From Bacteroidota bacterium (GTDB taxonomy: Bacteria > Bacteroidota > Ignavibacteria > Kapaibacteriales > HRBIN21), in contig JAUQPR010000005.1 in NCBI GenBank assembly GCA_030550275.1, forward strand, positions 19,899-83,898: a stretch of 64,000 nucleotides of DNA, given 5' to 3'. The translations under genes were made by a program, and so were the position numbers. Shown here in pieces: positions 19,381 through 28,879 of the stretch. The notes beneath the pieces are model-generated. The model was not told the DNA's origin and searched no databases. It saw nothing but the letters and a program-made list of their open reading frames with translations. Position 1 is the stretch's first letter; each line of letters opens with the position of its first letter.

Positions 19381-21439
19381 GGCGGGCAATCGCCTTACTG
19401 AGACCAATCTCCACCGCTGCGCACAGCAGGGCAATCACCAGGAAGAGCTGCCACAGCTCCGTTGCCGAGCTCACCTGCTGCGGCAGCCGCACGAGCTCTC
19501 CGGCATCTTCGATCACGGCGAACTGCTCGGATGCCGACACGATCGGCGCTGCCCAGCGGCGCAGCTCCGAAGGCGCTGCAGGCACAGCTTCCAGCTCGCT
19601 CTGGGGCACATTCACCGCCACCGCTGCAACAGGCGTTCCATCGGGCGCGAACACGCCGTAGACCCCAGGCTCCTGCAATCGCCCCAGCCACAGGTGTGTC
19701 CCCGTTGCCGTCGTACGGGTCTGGCGCGGCACTTCCCCACCTGCGGGCTCCCGCAGCCGGAGCTCCGGACCGAAGTAGCCCGGAAGCGTCAGCTCCAGCT
19801 CCTGCCCCGCCTCCGCCGAGAGCGTGGGCAGCGCACGCGTTCCCAAGTACAGCACGGCGCGCACCAGGAAGGTCGGGAAAAACCCGCTGTAGGGAAGCTC
19901 GCCCCACTGCGGCAGTGGTGCCACGCCGCACACGAGCATACGCCCTTTGCCCAGTGCATGCTCCACCACAAGAGGACCGGCGTTGCTCTCCACGATCGGC
20001 GCAGACGCTGGGATGACGAGCTGCCGCACCAATGCCGGCGTTTCGGGAAGCGCTGCCGCCTCCGTTTCCCCACGGAAGACCCCGCGGAAGATGGGATGCT
20101 GCTTGTCCACCCGAGCCAATGTCACCGCCTGCGGTGCTGTAAACTGGCGCAGTGCTGCTCCGGCAATCCCCACACTTGCCAGCCACTGCGGCAGTGCCTG
20201 TAGCGTTGCACCATCTGCGGCAAAGAGCAGCAAGCGCCCTCCTGCACGCACGTACGCTGCCAACTGCTCCAATTGCTGCGCCGTCAGTGCCGAGCTTGCA
20301 GCAACCACCACAGCCGCGCCGGCGAGGCTCCCGGCGGAGACACTCCCGGCCGGAAGTACGCGGAGCCGCAGTGGCGAGCTCTGCACCGGCAACGCCTGCA
20401 GCGCCGTTTGGAGGAAGGGCAGTGCCTCCGCATCGGCGATGAGCGCTACTTCGATGGGCTGCGGTACGATGACGGCGCTGTAGCGCTCGTTCCCGAACTC
20501 GGTGGCATCCCCCTCGACGGTAACGCGGATGGGGAGCAGCCCTGACTGCGGCAATGGAGCGCTCAGCAGTACTGTCTGCACCTTTCCAGCCCCCAGCAGG
20601 AGGCTCTGCTGCGCCACCCGCTCCTGCCCCAGGAAGAGGCTCACCACAACAGCAGCATCGCGCTCGCCGAGGTTGCGAAGGCGCGCGTAGACAACAACCG
20701 GCTGCCCTGCGGCATGGAGCTGGCTGACAAGCGCAACGGAATCGAGCACCACCTCTCCTGCAGCAGGCTGCTGCGCGGAGCCCACCGGAACGAAGAAGAG
20801 CTGCGTGCGCGCATCCAGGCGCAGCTCCGCAGGGAGCTGCGCTCCCAACTGCGTGCGGTGGAAGTCGCTCACCACGTACACCTGGCGATGCCAATGCCGG
20901 GCTTGCCCCAGCAGCCCAATGGCACGGCGGAGCACAACGCTCAGCGGTGCCGTCGTTGCCGTCGGCTGCATTCGCTGGAGCTGCTCCAGTACGGCACCGT
21001 GGTTTGCCGCCCACTCCGGGAGCACGGTATCGGAGACCACCGGCAGCAGGAGCACCTCATCATCGGCGTACAGGGAACGCAGCAGCTCCACTGCAGCGCG
21101 GCGTGCTGCTGCGAAGCGCTCCCCCAGCGCCATGCTGGCAGAGTTGTCCAGCACAAGGAGCACGCTCACTGGCGCCCGCTGCTGCAAGCCCGGCAGCTTC
21201 GCCGGCAGCACCGGTCGGGCAAACGCCAGCACCACCGCGGCGATGAGCAGCATTCGCACCGCCAGGAGCAGCAACTGCTGGAGCCGGAACCGGCGAATCG
21301 TGCTCCGCTCCAGTTGCTTGAGGAAGCGCAGCGTGCTGAACTCCTGCTGGCGCAACCGACGCAGATTCAGCAGATGCAGCAACAGCGGGATAAGCGCCGC
21401 CACCAGCCCCAGCAACACCACGGGGTTGAGGAAATTCAT
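19364..21439 (-). CDS. VWA-domain protein with N-terminal two-TM anchor (BatA-like)
   Basis: N-terminal MNFLNPVVLLGLVAALIPLLLHLLNLRR…, then a vWA MIDAS-like VLLVLDNSASMA. 691 aa. Confidence 0.7.
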   Translation of the reverse strand: MNFLNPVVLLGLVAALIPLLLHLLNLRRLRQQEFSTLRFLKQLERSTIRRFRLQQLLLLAVRMLLIAAVVLAFARPVLPAKLPGLQQRAPVSVLLVLDNSASMALGERFAAARRAAVELLRSLYADDEVLLLPVVSDTVLPEWAANHGAVLEQLQRMQPTATTAPLSVVLRRAIGLLGQARHWHRQVYVVSDFHRTQLGAQLPAELRLDARTQLFFVPVGSAQQPAAGEVVLDSVALVSQLHAAGQPVVVYARLRNLGERDAAVVVSLFLGQERVAQQSLLLGAGKVQTVLLSAPLPQSGLLPIRVTVEGDATEFGNERYSAVIVPQPIEVALIADAEALPFLQTALQALPVQSSPLRLRVLPAGSVSAGSLAGAAVVVAASSALTAQQLEQLAAYVRAGGRLLLFAADGATLQALPQWLASVGIAGAALRQFTAPQAVTLARVDKQHPIFRGVFRGETEAAALPETPALVRQLVIPASAPIVESNAGPLVVEHALGKGRMLVCGVAPLPQWGELPYSGFFPTFLVRAVLYLGTRALPTLSAEAGQELELTLPGYFGPELRLREPAGGEVPRQTRTTATGTHLWLGRLQEPGVYGVFAPDGTPVAAVAVNVPQSELEAVPAAPSELRRWAAPIVSASEQFAVIEDAGELVRLPQQVSSATELWQLFLVIALLCAAVEIGLSKAIARHATDA

Positions 21440-21496
21440 GCCGTTCGCTGCGAGCTTGCCCAGGGCAACGGACGAGTTCCCTCGCTGCGCAGTGCC

Positions 21497-23002
21497 TCAG
21501 AAGGGCACGTCGCTGTCGTACGGCGGCGGTGGAGGTTCGGGGTAGTGCAGTGCCAAGTTCTCAAAGCGTGCCCAATCGCGCAAGTACGCCAAGCGCACCT
21601 CACCGACGGGTCCATTGCGCTGCTTGCCGATGATGATCTCGGCTGTGCCCTCCGTCGGCGTCCCATCGTCGTAGGTGGTGATGCCATACATCTCCGGGCG
21701 ATGCACGAAGATGACCACATCGGCATCCTGTTCGAGCGAGCCCGATTCGCGGAGGTCAGAGAGCATCGGGCGCTTGTCCGCACGCGACTCAACGGCACGG
21801 TTCAGCTGCGCCAGGGCGACCACCGGGATGCCGAGCTCCTTTGCCATCATCTTCAGCGAGCGGGAGATGATGGCGACCTCGCGCTCGCGGCTCTCCGCCT
21901 TTGGTGGAGCAATGAGCTGGAGGTAGTCCACGATGATCAGCTCCACCCCGTGCTCCGAGCGCAACCGGCGGGATTTCGCCCGCAGCTCCACCAGCGACAG
22001 CATCGGCGTATCGTCAATGAAGATGGGCGCCTCCGCCAGCCGCCCCGTTGCCTGGACCAAGCGCGGCAGGAGCTCCGGCGAGAGCTTCCCCGTTCGCAAC
22101 CGATGGGAATCCACCTGCGCCTCGGCTGCCAGCAGACGCAGCACAAGCTGCAGTGCCGACATCTCCAGCGAGAAGATCGCCACCGGAATGCGGTACTCCA
22201 CCGCCGCATTGCGGGCAATCGAGAGCGCCAGCGCCGTCTTCCCCATCGAAGGACGCCCGGCAATGACGATGAAGTCCGACCGCTGCAGCCCACCGGTGAG
22301 CTCATCCAGCCGGATGTAGCCAGTGGGGATCCCCGTCAGCCCTGTGCGCTCCTTGCGCTCGAGCAGGCTTGCCACGTGCTCAAATGCCGTACGCGCCAGT
22401 GTGCGCATCGAGCGGGCACCCTGGCGTAGCCGCTTCTCAGCGATCTCGAAGATGGCGCTCTCCGCACGGTCCAGCTCCTCGAGCGCATCCGTGCTCTCGT
22501 CGTAACAAGCGTAGATGATCTCGGCAGCCGTGCGGATAAGGCTGCGCTTGAGGTAGTGCTCCAGCACAATCCGCGCATAGTGCTCTACCGCAGCAACTGA
22601 GGGCACCCGCAGCGTCAGCTCGGTCAGATATGCCGTTCCGCCGACCTGCTCCAAGACGCCCTGCCGGCGCAGCTCCTCGGCAACGGTGAGCAGGTCCACG
22701 GTGACGCCACGCTCGAACAGCGCCACGATTGCTTGGAAGAGCACACGATGCGCCTCACGGTAGAAGCAATCCGCCTCTAACAGCTCGATGGCTTTGACTA
22801 CCGCAGCGCGGTCCTGGAGCATCGCGCCCAGGACCGCCATCTCTGCATCAAGCGAATGTGGAGGAACCCGCTCGCTGATGCGCTCCAGCGGAATAACCTC
22901 CGCCACACGGCGGCGCCCGCCGCGCAGCATCGTCTCCAGCGGATAGCTGTGTTCGGCTTCTCCCCCGGGGAACATGGCAGCAGCTCCGCGTACGAGGGAC
23001 AT
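21497..23002 (-). CDS. dnaB: Replicative DNA helicase DnaB
   Basis: N-terminal PPHSLDAEMAVLGAML, Walker A GRPSMGKTALAL, Walker B LIIVDYLQL, arginine finger region. The start is ambiguous among Met codons at 23047, 23002 and 22975. Confidence 0.85.
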   Translation of the reverse strand: MSLVRGAAAMFPGGEAEHSYPLETMLRGGRRRVAEVIPLERISERVPPHSLDAEMAVLGAMLQDRAAVVKAIELLEADCFYREAHRVLFQAIVALFERGVTVDLLTVAEELRRQGVLEQVGGTAYLTELTLRVPSVAAVEHYARIVLEHYLKRSLIRTAAEIIYACYDESTDALEELDRAESAIFEIAEKRLRQGARSMRTLARTAFEHVASLLERKERTGLTGIPTGYIRLDELTGGLQRSDFIVIAGRPSMGKTALALSIARNAAVEYRIPVAIFSLEMSALQLVLRLLAAEAQVDSHRLRTGKLSPELLPRLVQATGRLAEAPIFIDDTPMLSLVELRAKSRRLRSEHGVELIIVDYLQLIAPPKAESREREVAIISRSLKMMAKELGIPVVALAQLNRAVESRADKRPMLSDLRESGSLEQDADVVIFVHRPEMYGITTYDDGTPTEGTAEIIIGKQRNGPVGEVRLAYLRDWARFENLALHYPEPPPPPYDSDVPF

Positions 23003-23101
23003 CTCTTGGAGCGTGAAAATAGCGAACCGCCGGCGAGCAGCACACATACGCCAAAGTCGCTACTTTCGCACTGCAAACTGTTCAACAGTCTCCGCACGGC
23101 A

Positions 23102-23323
23102 ATGCAGTACAACGTTGGGACCGTCGATCGGTGGGTTCGCCTGATTGCAGGCGCACTGCTCTTCGTCTTGGGCGGGTGGAGCTGGGGAGGATGGCAAGGG
23201 CATACCGGCGGTATCATCGCGCTCGTGGTAGGGGTGGTTCTGATTGCCACAGCGCTCCTGCGGTGGTGCCCGATGTATTCGCTCCTGCGGATCACGACCG
23301 CCCGGGAACAGGCGCGCTCGTAG
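23102..23323 (+). CDS. DUF2892 (YgaP-like) small inner-membrane protein
   Basis: 73 aa: MQYNVGTVDRWVRLIAGALLFVLGG…RWCPMYSLL, the typical DUF2892 pattern. Confidence 0.55.
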   Translation: MQYNVGTVDRWVRLIAGALLFVLGGWSWGGWQGHTGGIIALVVGVVLIATALLRWCPMYSLLRITTAREQARS

Positions 23324-23346
23324 CCTGATACGCTACACCACTGGGG

Positions 23347-25533
23347 ATGCTTCGGCGCTGGGCTGCCCCGGCAACGGCGGTGGGGCTGAGCCTGGGGTTT
23401 GCACTTGTGTGGCTGCGCGTGGTATACCTGCAGGTCGTGCAAGCCGAGCAGTACCGCCAGCAGCTCCAGCGGCAAGCCTTTGCACGGGTGCTCCTGTTGC
23501 CAGAGCGCGGGACTATCCTGGACTGCCGGGGCGAACCACTGGCACTGAGCGTTAAAGCCCCTTCGTACGCGGTGGACCCACAGCAGCTCCGCTGTGCGGA
23601 GTGCCTCTGCCGAGCAGCCCACGCCCTGGGTCTGGATTCGGCAACCTGCCTGCAGCGCATCCGCAGTGCCCGGGGACGCTTCCTGTGGCTGCTCCGCAGC
23701 GTCTGGGAGCGCCCCACTACAGCGCTGGATACGCTCTCCGACCCCGGACTCATCCGGCTGCAGGAGCTCCACCGAGTCTACCCCTACGGCGAGCTGACGC
23801 TTCCGCTCCTGGGCAGCGTCAACATTGACCAGGTGGGCATCTCCGGAGTGGAGCTCTCCTACGATTCGCTCCTGCGCATGCCACCGGTGGAGACCCTCAT
23901 GCGGCGTGATGCTCGGGGGCAATTGATTCCAGTGCCCCAATCGGCTGCCCATTCACCGCCGCAGCCGCCGATGCTGCGCACAACGCTGGATATCGAGCTG
24001 CAGCAGCTTATCGCCTACGAGCTGCAGCGAGGGCTTGAACGCTTCCGCGCCCGCTCTGGTGTTGCCATAGCACTGGAGGTCCGTAGCGGAGCGATCCGAG
24101 CCGCCGTTGCTCTCCCCACACCCGCCCGCGGGAGCGCGACGCTTCCAGTGGTGGGCGAGGTGTACGAACCCGGCTCGGTGCTCAAACCCTTCATCGCCGC
24201 TGCGGCACTGGACCAAGGGCTACTTCGCCCCGAAGACACGCTCGATGCCCGCAACGGGGAGTGGAGCATCCTGGGACAGCTCATCCGCGACGAGTACTCC
24301 CTGGGGCGGACGACGCTTCGCCGTGCCTTTGCGCTCTCCAGCAATATCGTCTTCGCCGAGCTTGCCTACCGGCTTCCTCGGCGCGTGCTCTACCGGTACG
24401 TTCGGGACTTCGGCTTTGGGCTTCCCACGGGCGTGGACCTGCCCGGCGAGGTCAACGGGATTGTCCCCACTCCGGAACGGATGGAGCCCACCACGCCGCT
24501 GTTTTGGGGCTTCGGCTATGGGCTTGCCGTGACGCCCCTACAGCTTGCCTGCGCGTACGCGGCAATTGGCAATGGAGGCGTGCTCGTGCGCCCGCGTATT
24601 GCCGACGCCCTGATTGCCCCCGATGGCACCGTGCTCAAGGAGTTCCCCACCGAGCGGGTCCGGCAGGTCATCACGGAGCGGACGGCACGGCAGCTGCTAT
24701 CCCTGCTGCGCAGCGTCGTAGAGGAGGGCACCGGGCGGGCAGCGGCACTGCCGCAGCTCCCGATCGCCGGCAAAACCGGTACGGCACGGCAACTGGTCGA
24801 GGGGCATTACAGTCCGCAAGCGCATACCGCCTCGTTTGTGGCGCTCCTGCCAGCGCATTCTCCGCGGCTGGTCCTGTTGGTGATGCTGCAGCAGCCACAG
24901 GAAGCGGTCTACGGCGGGCAAACCGCCGCCCCTATCGTGCGGCGCGTCCTCCTGCGAATGCTTGCCAATACTCGGCTCCGCTCGTATATTGCAGATGCAG
25001 CGCTGACACAGCACCCCTCCGTGCATGTTCCACAGCGTACGCAGAGCAATGACACACGAGCCCCCGACACCGACCCCCGCCCCCGAACCGGGCGAGCAGC
25101 CGCAACGCTCCTGGGTGGAGGGCTTCCGCGATATCATGGTGGCTCCAACCGAGCTGGCATCCACCCTGGGGCAGCATGTGGGGAAGGTCTTTGTTGCAGC
25201 GCTTCTGCTGCTGACCGTTACCTCGGCTGCGGTCAACTGGCTGCACAGCCGCAGTCCCGCACTCCGCGCGCAGCTGGAGGAGCTCACCCTGCAGCAACTG
25301 GAGCGCTACTTTGCCAAAAACCCGCAGCTTTCGTCGGAGGAGCGCCAGCGGATCCGCGAGACCGTTCCAGAGGGGCTGCGCTTCTCGCTGGCGCGGAGCC
25401 TGCTCGGGGGGCTTTTCACCAACGTCATCTCGCTTCTGGCTGTGCTGGGATTGCTCTGGCTGCTGCAGCTTCCCTTTGCGGGGAACCTCCAGCGGGTTCG
25501 CTTCGCTGTGCTGGCAGCGGCACTGGGATATAG
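23347..25533 (+). CDS. Penicillin-binding protein 2 / peptidoglycan D,D-transpeptidase (3' end uncertain)
   Basis: Transpeptidase motifs SVLKPF (SxxK), SSN and KTGTA. The homologous part ends near aa 545 (~nt 24980). The ORF then runs on with no stop to 25533 through a Gly/Arg/Ala/Pro-rich tail that overlaps the next gene (see findings). Confidence 0.7.
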   Translation: MLRRWAAPATAVGLSLGFALVWLRVVYLQVVQAEQYRQQLQRQAFARVLLLPERGTILDCRGEPLALSVKAPSYAVDPQQLRCAECLCRAAHALGLDSATCLQRIRSARGRFLWLLRSVWERPTTALDTLSDPGLIRLQELHRVYPYGELTLPLLGSVNIDQVGISGVELSYDSLLRMPPVETLMRRDARGQLIPVPQSAAHSPPQPPMLRTTLDIELQQLIAYELQRGLERFRARSGVAIALEVRSGAIRAAVALPTPARGSATLPVVGEVYEPGSVLKPFIAAAALDQGLLRPEDTLDARNGEWSILGQLIRDEYSLGRTTLRRAFALSSNIVFAELAYRLPRRVLYRYVRDFGFGLPTGVDLPGEVNGIVPTPERMEPTTPLFWGFGYGLAVTPLQLACAYAAIGNGGVLVRPRIADALIAPDGTVLKEFPTERVRQVITERTARQLLSLLRSVVEEGTGRAAALPQLPIAGKTGTARQLVEGHYSPQAHTASFVALLPAHSPRLVLLVMLQQPQEAVYGGQTAAPIVRRVLLRMLANTRLRSYIADAALTQHPSVHVPQRTQSNDTRAPDTDPRPRTGRAAATLLGGGLPRYHGGSNRAGIHPGAACGEGLCCSASAADRYLGCGQLAAQPQSRTPRAAGGAHPAATGALLCQKPAAFVGGAPADPRDRSRGAALLAGAEPARGAFHQRHLASGCAGIALAAAASLCGEPPAGSLRCAGSGTGI

Positions 25534-25825
25534 CTGCTTGCCCGGCGCCCTTGGGGAGCTGCTCAACGCCGCCGTGCAGGTACTCGGGGGCTCTCTGCAA
25601 TTCCAGCTCAGCCCAGCGGCGTTCGTTTCGCCCTTCGAGCACCCGATTGTGTTCTCCGTGCTGAGTCGCCTCCACGTCGGCACGGTGGCTCAGTATGCGC
25701 TCTTGGGCATTGTACTTGCCGACGCTGCATCCCTGCGCTCGCGCCTTGCCGGAGTAGCCTGGAGCTTTACGGCTCTGGGAATATGGCTGGGCGCGATTGC
25801 TACCTTGGGACGCTTGATGGCGTAG
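25025..25825 (+). CDS. Polytopic membrane protein (Yip1-domain-like)
   Basis: 266 aa with 5 clear TM helices. It overlaps the low-complexity tail of the PBP ORF in another frame. Confidence 0.5.
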   Translation: MFHSVRRAMTHEPPTPTPAPEPGEQPQRSWVEGFRDIMVAPTELASTLGQHVGKVFVAALLLLTVTSAAVNWLHSRSPALRAQLEELTLQQLERYFAKNPQLSSEERQRIRETVPEGLRFSLARSLLGGLFTNVISLLAVLGLLWLLQLPFAGNLQRVRFAVLAAALGYSCLPGALGELLNAAVQVLGGSLQFQLSPAAFVSPFEHPIVFSVLSRLHVGTVAQYALLGIVLADAASLRSRLAGVAWSFTALGIWLGAIATLGRLMA

Positions 25826-25880
25826 CCGAGATTTGCTATTTTGCGCTCTGCAGGGGTTGTCCAACACCGTGAGATGTGCC

Positions 25881-26378
25881 GTGGCTGCACCGTACGTGTT
25901 GGTCGTGGACGATAACCACATCGCCATCAAAATGCTGCGCCGATACCTGGAGCGGCAAGGCTATGAGGTCGGCGAGGCACACGACGGCATAGAGTGCCTG
26001 GAGCAGGTCGCCCAGCGTCTGCCCGATGCTATCGTGCTGGATGTGATGATGCCGAACTTGGATGGCTACGCAACCGTCCAGCAGTTGCGCAGCAATCCCC
26101 AGACGGCGCACGTTCCCGTGGTCATCGTCACGGCGCTCAACGATGTGTCGAACCAGCTCCGCGCCATCGAAGCCGGCGCCGATGACTTCCTGGGCAAGCC
26201 CGTGGAGGAACGGCTGCTCATCGCCAAGGTGAAGCTGCTGGTGACCATCAGCCGTCTCCGCAAAGCGGTAGCAGCGCTGCAGCAGTACATCCGCAATCTG
26301 TCCAACGGAACAGCTCAGCTTCCCTCCGACCTCCAGCAGCTATGGCACGAGCTTGGTATCGAGGAGCTCTCCTCATAG
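25881..26378 (+). CDS. Stand-alone response-regulator receiver protein (CheY-like)
   Basis: GTG start at 25881 gives MAAPYVLVVDDNH…; receiver motifs DVMMPNLDG and the Thr/Lys region …VVIVTALND…GADDFLGKP. There is no output domain. Confidence 0.7.
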   Translation: MAAPYVLVVDDNHIAIKMLRRYLERQGYEVGEAHDGIECLEQVAQRLPDAIVLDVMMPNLDGYATVQQLRSNPQTAHVPVVIVTALNDVSNQLRAIEAGADDFLGKPVEERLLIAKVKLLVTISRLRKAVAALQQYIRNLSNGTAQLPSDLQQLWHELGIEELSS

Positions 26379-26974
26379 GCGCGGTGGTGCTGACCGGCTG
26401 CGGTACCGTCCGGCAGGTAACGGAAACGCTCGTCGGCGTGGAGCGCCTGCGATTTCGCCTGGCGGGGGTATCGGAGTTCCGCTTGGCGGGAATTGCGCTT
26501 GCTCAGAAGGCATCGCCGCGGGATTTCTCCCCGATGGAGTTGGCGCAACTGCTCCAGTACCAGCAGCGCCGCTCGCTGCCGGTGGAGCTCCTGCTGCAGG
26601 TGGCAGCGTACAACCCGAACGATGGACGCGCGGGACGGCGCCGCCTCCCCGTCACGCTGACCGGGCTGGAGTGGAAGCTCCTGATCGATGAAACCCCGAC
26701 GGTCTCCGGCGATTTGGGCGCCCCTGTGGAGCTCCCCGGCGGTGGGGACACTGTGCTCATCCCTCTGCGCGTCAAGCTGGACCTGTACGAGTTCTTCGCC
26801 CAGCGCTCGTGGAACGAGCTCATAGAGCTGGCACTTGCCATCGGGGGTGCTCGCGGGAGCTGCGCGCGGCTGATGCTGCAGGCGCGCCCACGCGTTCTCA
26901 CCCCTCTCGGCGAGCTCCACTCCCCGGGCTACATCACGATTGTGGACAAGGAGTTCCGCTCCAGCCTGCGATGA
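26342..26974 (+). CDS. Hypothetical lipoprotein
   Basis: Lipobox VVLTGCGT and mostly beta content. No known catalytic motifs. Confidence 0.5.
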   Translation: MARAWYRGALLIGAVVLTGCGTVRQVTETLVGVERLRFRLAGVSEFRLAGIALAQKASPRDFSPMELAQLLQYQQRRSLPVELLLQVAAYNPNDGRAGRRRLPVTLTGLEWKLLIDETPTVSGDLGAPVELPGGGDTVLIPLRVKLDLYEFFAQRSWNELIELALAIGGARGSCARLMLQARPRVLTPLGELHSPGYITIVDKEFRSSLR

Positions 26975-27975
26975 ACGAGCTACTGTGGCTCGCGGGAGCG
27001 GTTGCCCTTGTGGCGGGCGCCGCACTCAATCTCTGGCGTGGGGCACTGGAGCACGACCCCTGGCTGCTGCTGACCGAGGTTGCACCCGAGGAATCCCACC
27101 TCTACTGGACCGGGCTGAGCCTGTGGGAAGCGCTCGCCGATGCCATCGTTGTGCTTGCTGCCGTTGGTTTGGGTTCCGCACTCCCACCCAGCATCATGCT
27201 GCTGATGGTTGCAGCCGCACTTGCAGTGCTGGTGCTGCTCAAGCCGACGCTGCGGGCGTTGGGCATGCGCTACGCCCCCACGGTGTTTGAACTCTCCCGC
27301 CGCTTCCTCAAGCTGCTGCGCTGGGGCGGTCAGCTCTGGGGAGCATTGGGGCGCGGCACGACAGCACAGCAGCACGAAGAGCTTGCCCGCCGCGAGCTGA
27401 CAACCGTTGTGGAGACAGCTCATCAAGAGGGAGCGCTCGACCCGGAGGAGTACCGCCTGGTAAGCAACCTGATGCGCCTGCGCAACATCCGCGTCTCCGA
27501 CGTCATGACTCCACGCACAGTGCTGGCGAGCTGCCCGGCGGACATCTCCGTGCGCGATGCGCTCCGGATGCCGGAGCTGCGCATCTTCTCCCGCATTCCA
27601 GTCTGGGAGGGCGAGCCCGACACCATCATCGGCTACGTGCTGACCAAGGACCTGCTCTGGGCAGCGCTCGAAGGAGCATCCGAGCTCCCCGTGCGCCAAT
27701 TCCTGCGCGAGGTGCACTTCCTGCCGGAGACGCTCGAACTGGACCGCGCCTTGGGGGCATTCCTGCAGCGGCGCCAACACCTCTTCGTCGTCGTGGACGA
27801 GTACGGTGGGGTGGAGGGCGTACTGACGCTGGAGGACCTCATCGAGACCCTGCTGGGGGTGGAGATCGTGGACGAAGCGGACCAGATTGCCGACCTGCGC
27901 GAGCTGGCACAGCAGCTCCGTCAGCAGCGCCTGGAGCGTCTGCGTTCGACACTGCCCCCACCGGTTCGCCCGTGA
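26971..27975 (+). CDS. HlyC/CorC (CNNM) family transporter, DUF21 + CBS pair
   Basis: ATG at 26971. N-terminal DUF21 TM region, CBS pair (VSDVMTPRTVL…, …RIPVWEGEPDTIIGYVLTKDLL), CorC-type C-terminus. Confidence 0.8.
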   Translation: MNELLWLAGAVALVAGAALNLWRGALEHDPWLLLTEVAPEESHLYWTGLSLWEALADAIVVLAAVGLGSALPPSIMLLMVAAALAVLVLLKPTLRALGMRYAPTVFELSRRFLKLLRWGGQLWGALGRGTTAQQHEELARRELTTVVETAHQEGALDPEEYRLVSNLMRLRNIRVSDVMTPRTVLASCPADISVRDALRMPELRIFSRIPVWEGEPDTIIGYVLTKDLLWAALEGASELPVRQFLREVHFLPETLELDRALGAFLQRRQHLFVVVDEYGGVEGVLTLEDLIETLLGVEIVDEADQIADLRELAQQLRQQRLERLRSTLPPPVRP

Positions 27976-28042
27976 GCGCTGCCCCTGCACGGGGTTGTGT
28001 ATTTTTGCCCAGCTTTCCGGTTGCACTGCCGAGAGCGCATTC

Positions 28043-28321
28043 ATGCAGCGTCGCGATGCCGTCCGCTACATCGTTGCCCGTACGGGGCTGCCCGCCCGCA
28101 CAGTTCGCGCGGTAATGGAGGCGTTCCTGAGCTTCATCATGGAGCAGCTTGCTGCGGGCAACCGTGTGGACCTGCGTGGCTTCGGTGCCTTCATGGTCCG
28201 ATGGCGCCGTCCCCGTATGGCGCGCAATCCCCGCACAGGGGAACCGGTTCCGCTGGGCGACCGGAAGGTGCCCTTCTTCAAGCCCTCGCCGAAGTTTCTC
28301 CGCCTGTTCAAATCGCAATGA
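28043..28321 (+). CDS. DNA-binding protein HU/IHF family
   Basis: 92 aa: …FGAFMVRWRRPRMARNPRTGEPVPLGDRKVPFFKPS…, the HU arm signature. Confidence 0.85.
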   Translation: MQRRDAVRYIVARTGLPARTVRAVMEAFLSFIMEQLAAGNRVDLRGFGAFMVRWRRPRMARNPRTGEPVPLGDRKVPFFKPSPKFLRLFKSQ

Positions 28322-28875
28322 CGCGCCCGTGGATGCCCACCCTTGCCATCCTCGGCGCTGTAGCAGCATTGACGGCGAGTTCGTGGCTGGTGCGTGAGTG
28401 GTCACTGCGCTCCGAGACAGCCTCCGCCGCCATCCCCGCCGAACAACGGCAACGCGTCGAACAGCTCCAACGGGAGCTGGAGCGCAATCCCGAAAATGCC
28501 CAAGCACTGCTGGAGCTTGCCAACCTCTACTACGACCTTTCGCGCTTCGCCGATGCCGTGCCGCTCTACCGGCGCTACCTGGAGCGCGACCCCGGTAACG
28601 CCGAAGTCCGTATTGACTACGCCTACAGCCTCTTCGCCAGCGGGCAGGAGGACGCCGGCATCGCCGAGCTGTATCGCGTGCTGGAGCGCTTTCTAGACCA
28701 CCCCATCGCCCTCTACAACCTGGGCATCCTCTATGCCCAGCGGGGGGAACTGGAGCGCGCCCGCCAACCTTTGAGCGAACTGATTCGTCTCCATCCCTCG
28801 CTGCCGATTGCCCAACGGGCTCGGCAAGCCCTGCAGATGCTGGATTCCCTATCCCGTTCCACAACCGCGCAGTAG
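28318..28875 (+). CDS. TPR-repeat protein with N-terminal TM anchor
   Basis: ATGA overlap with the HU stop. TPR-like repeats (ALLELANLYYDLSRFADAVPLYRRYLERDPGNAEV…). Confidence 0.65.
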   Translation: MTRPWMPTLAILGAVAALTASSWLVREWSLRSETASAAIPAEQRQRVEQLQRELERNPENAQALLELANLYYDLSRFADAVPLYRRYLERDPGNAEVRIDYAYSLFASGQEDAGIAELYRVLERFLDHPIALYNLGILYAQRGELERARQPLSELIRLHPSLPIAQRARQALQMLDSLSRSTTAQ

Positions 28876-28879
28876 ACCC

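Noticed and set aside
19395-21014. 539-aa ORF in an alternate frame of the VWA gene (minus strand)
   Set aside because: Same strand, shifted frame, Gly/Ala/Arg/Cys-rich junk. The VWA frame has the real domain signatures.
20714-22429. 571-aa plus-strand ORF antisense to VWA and dnaB
   Set aside because: It spans an intergenic gap and two supported minus-strand genes. His/Arg/Gln-rich low-complexity translation.
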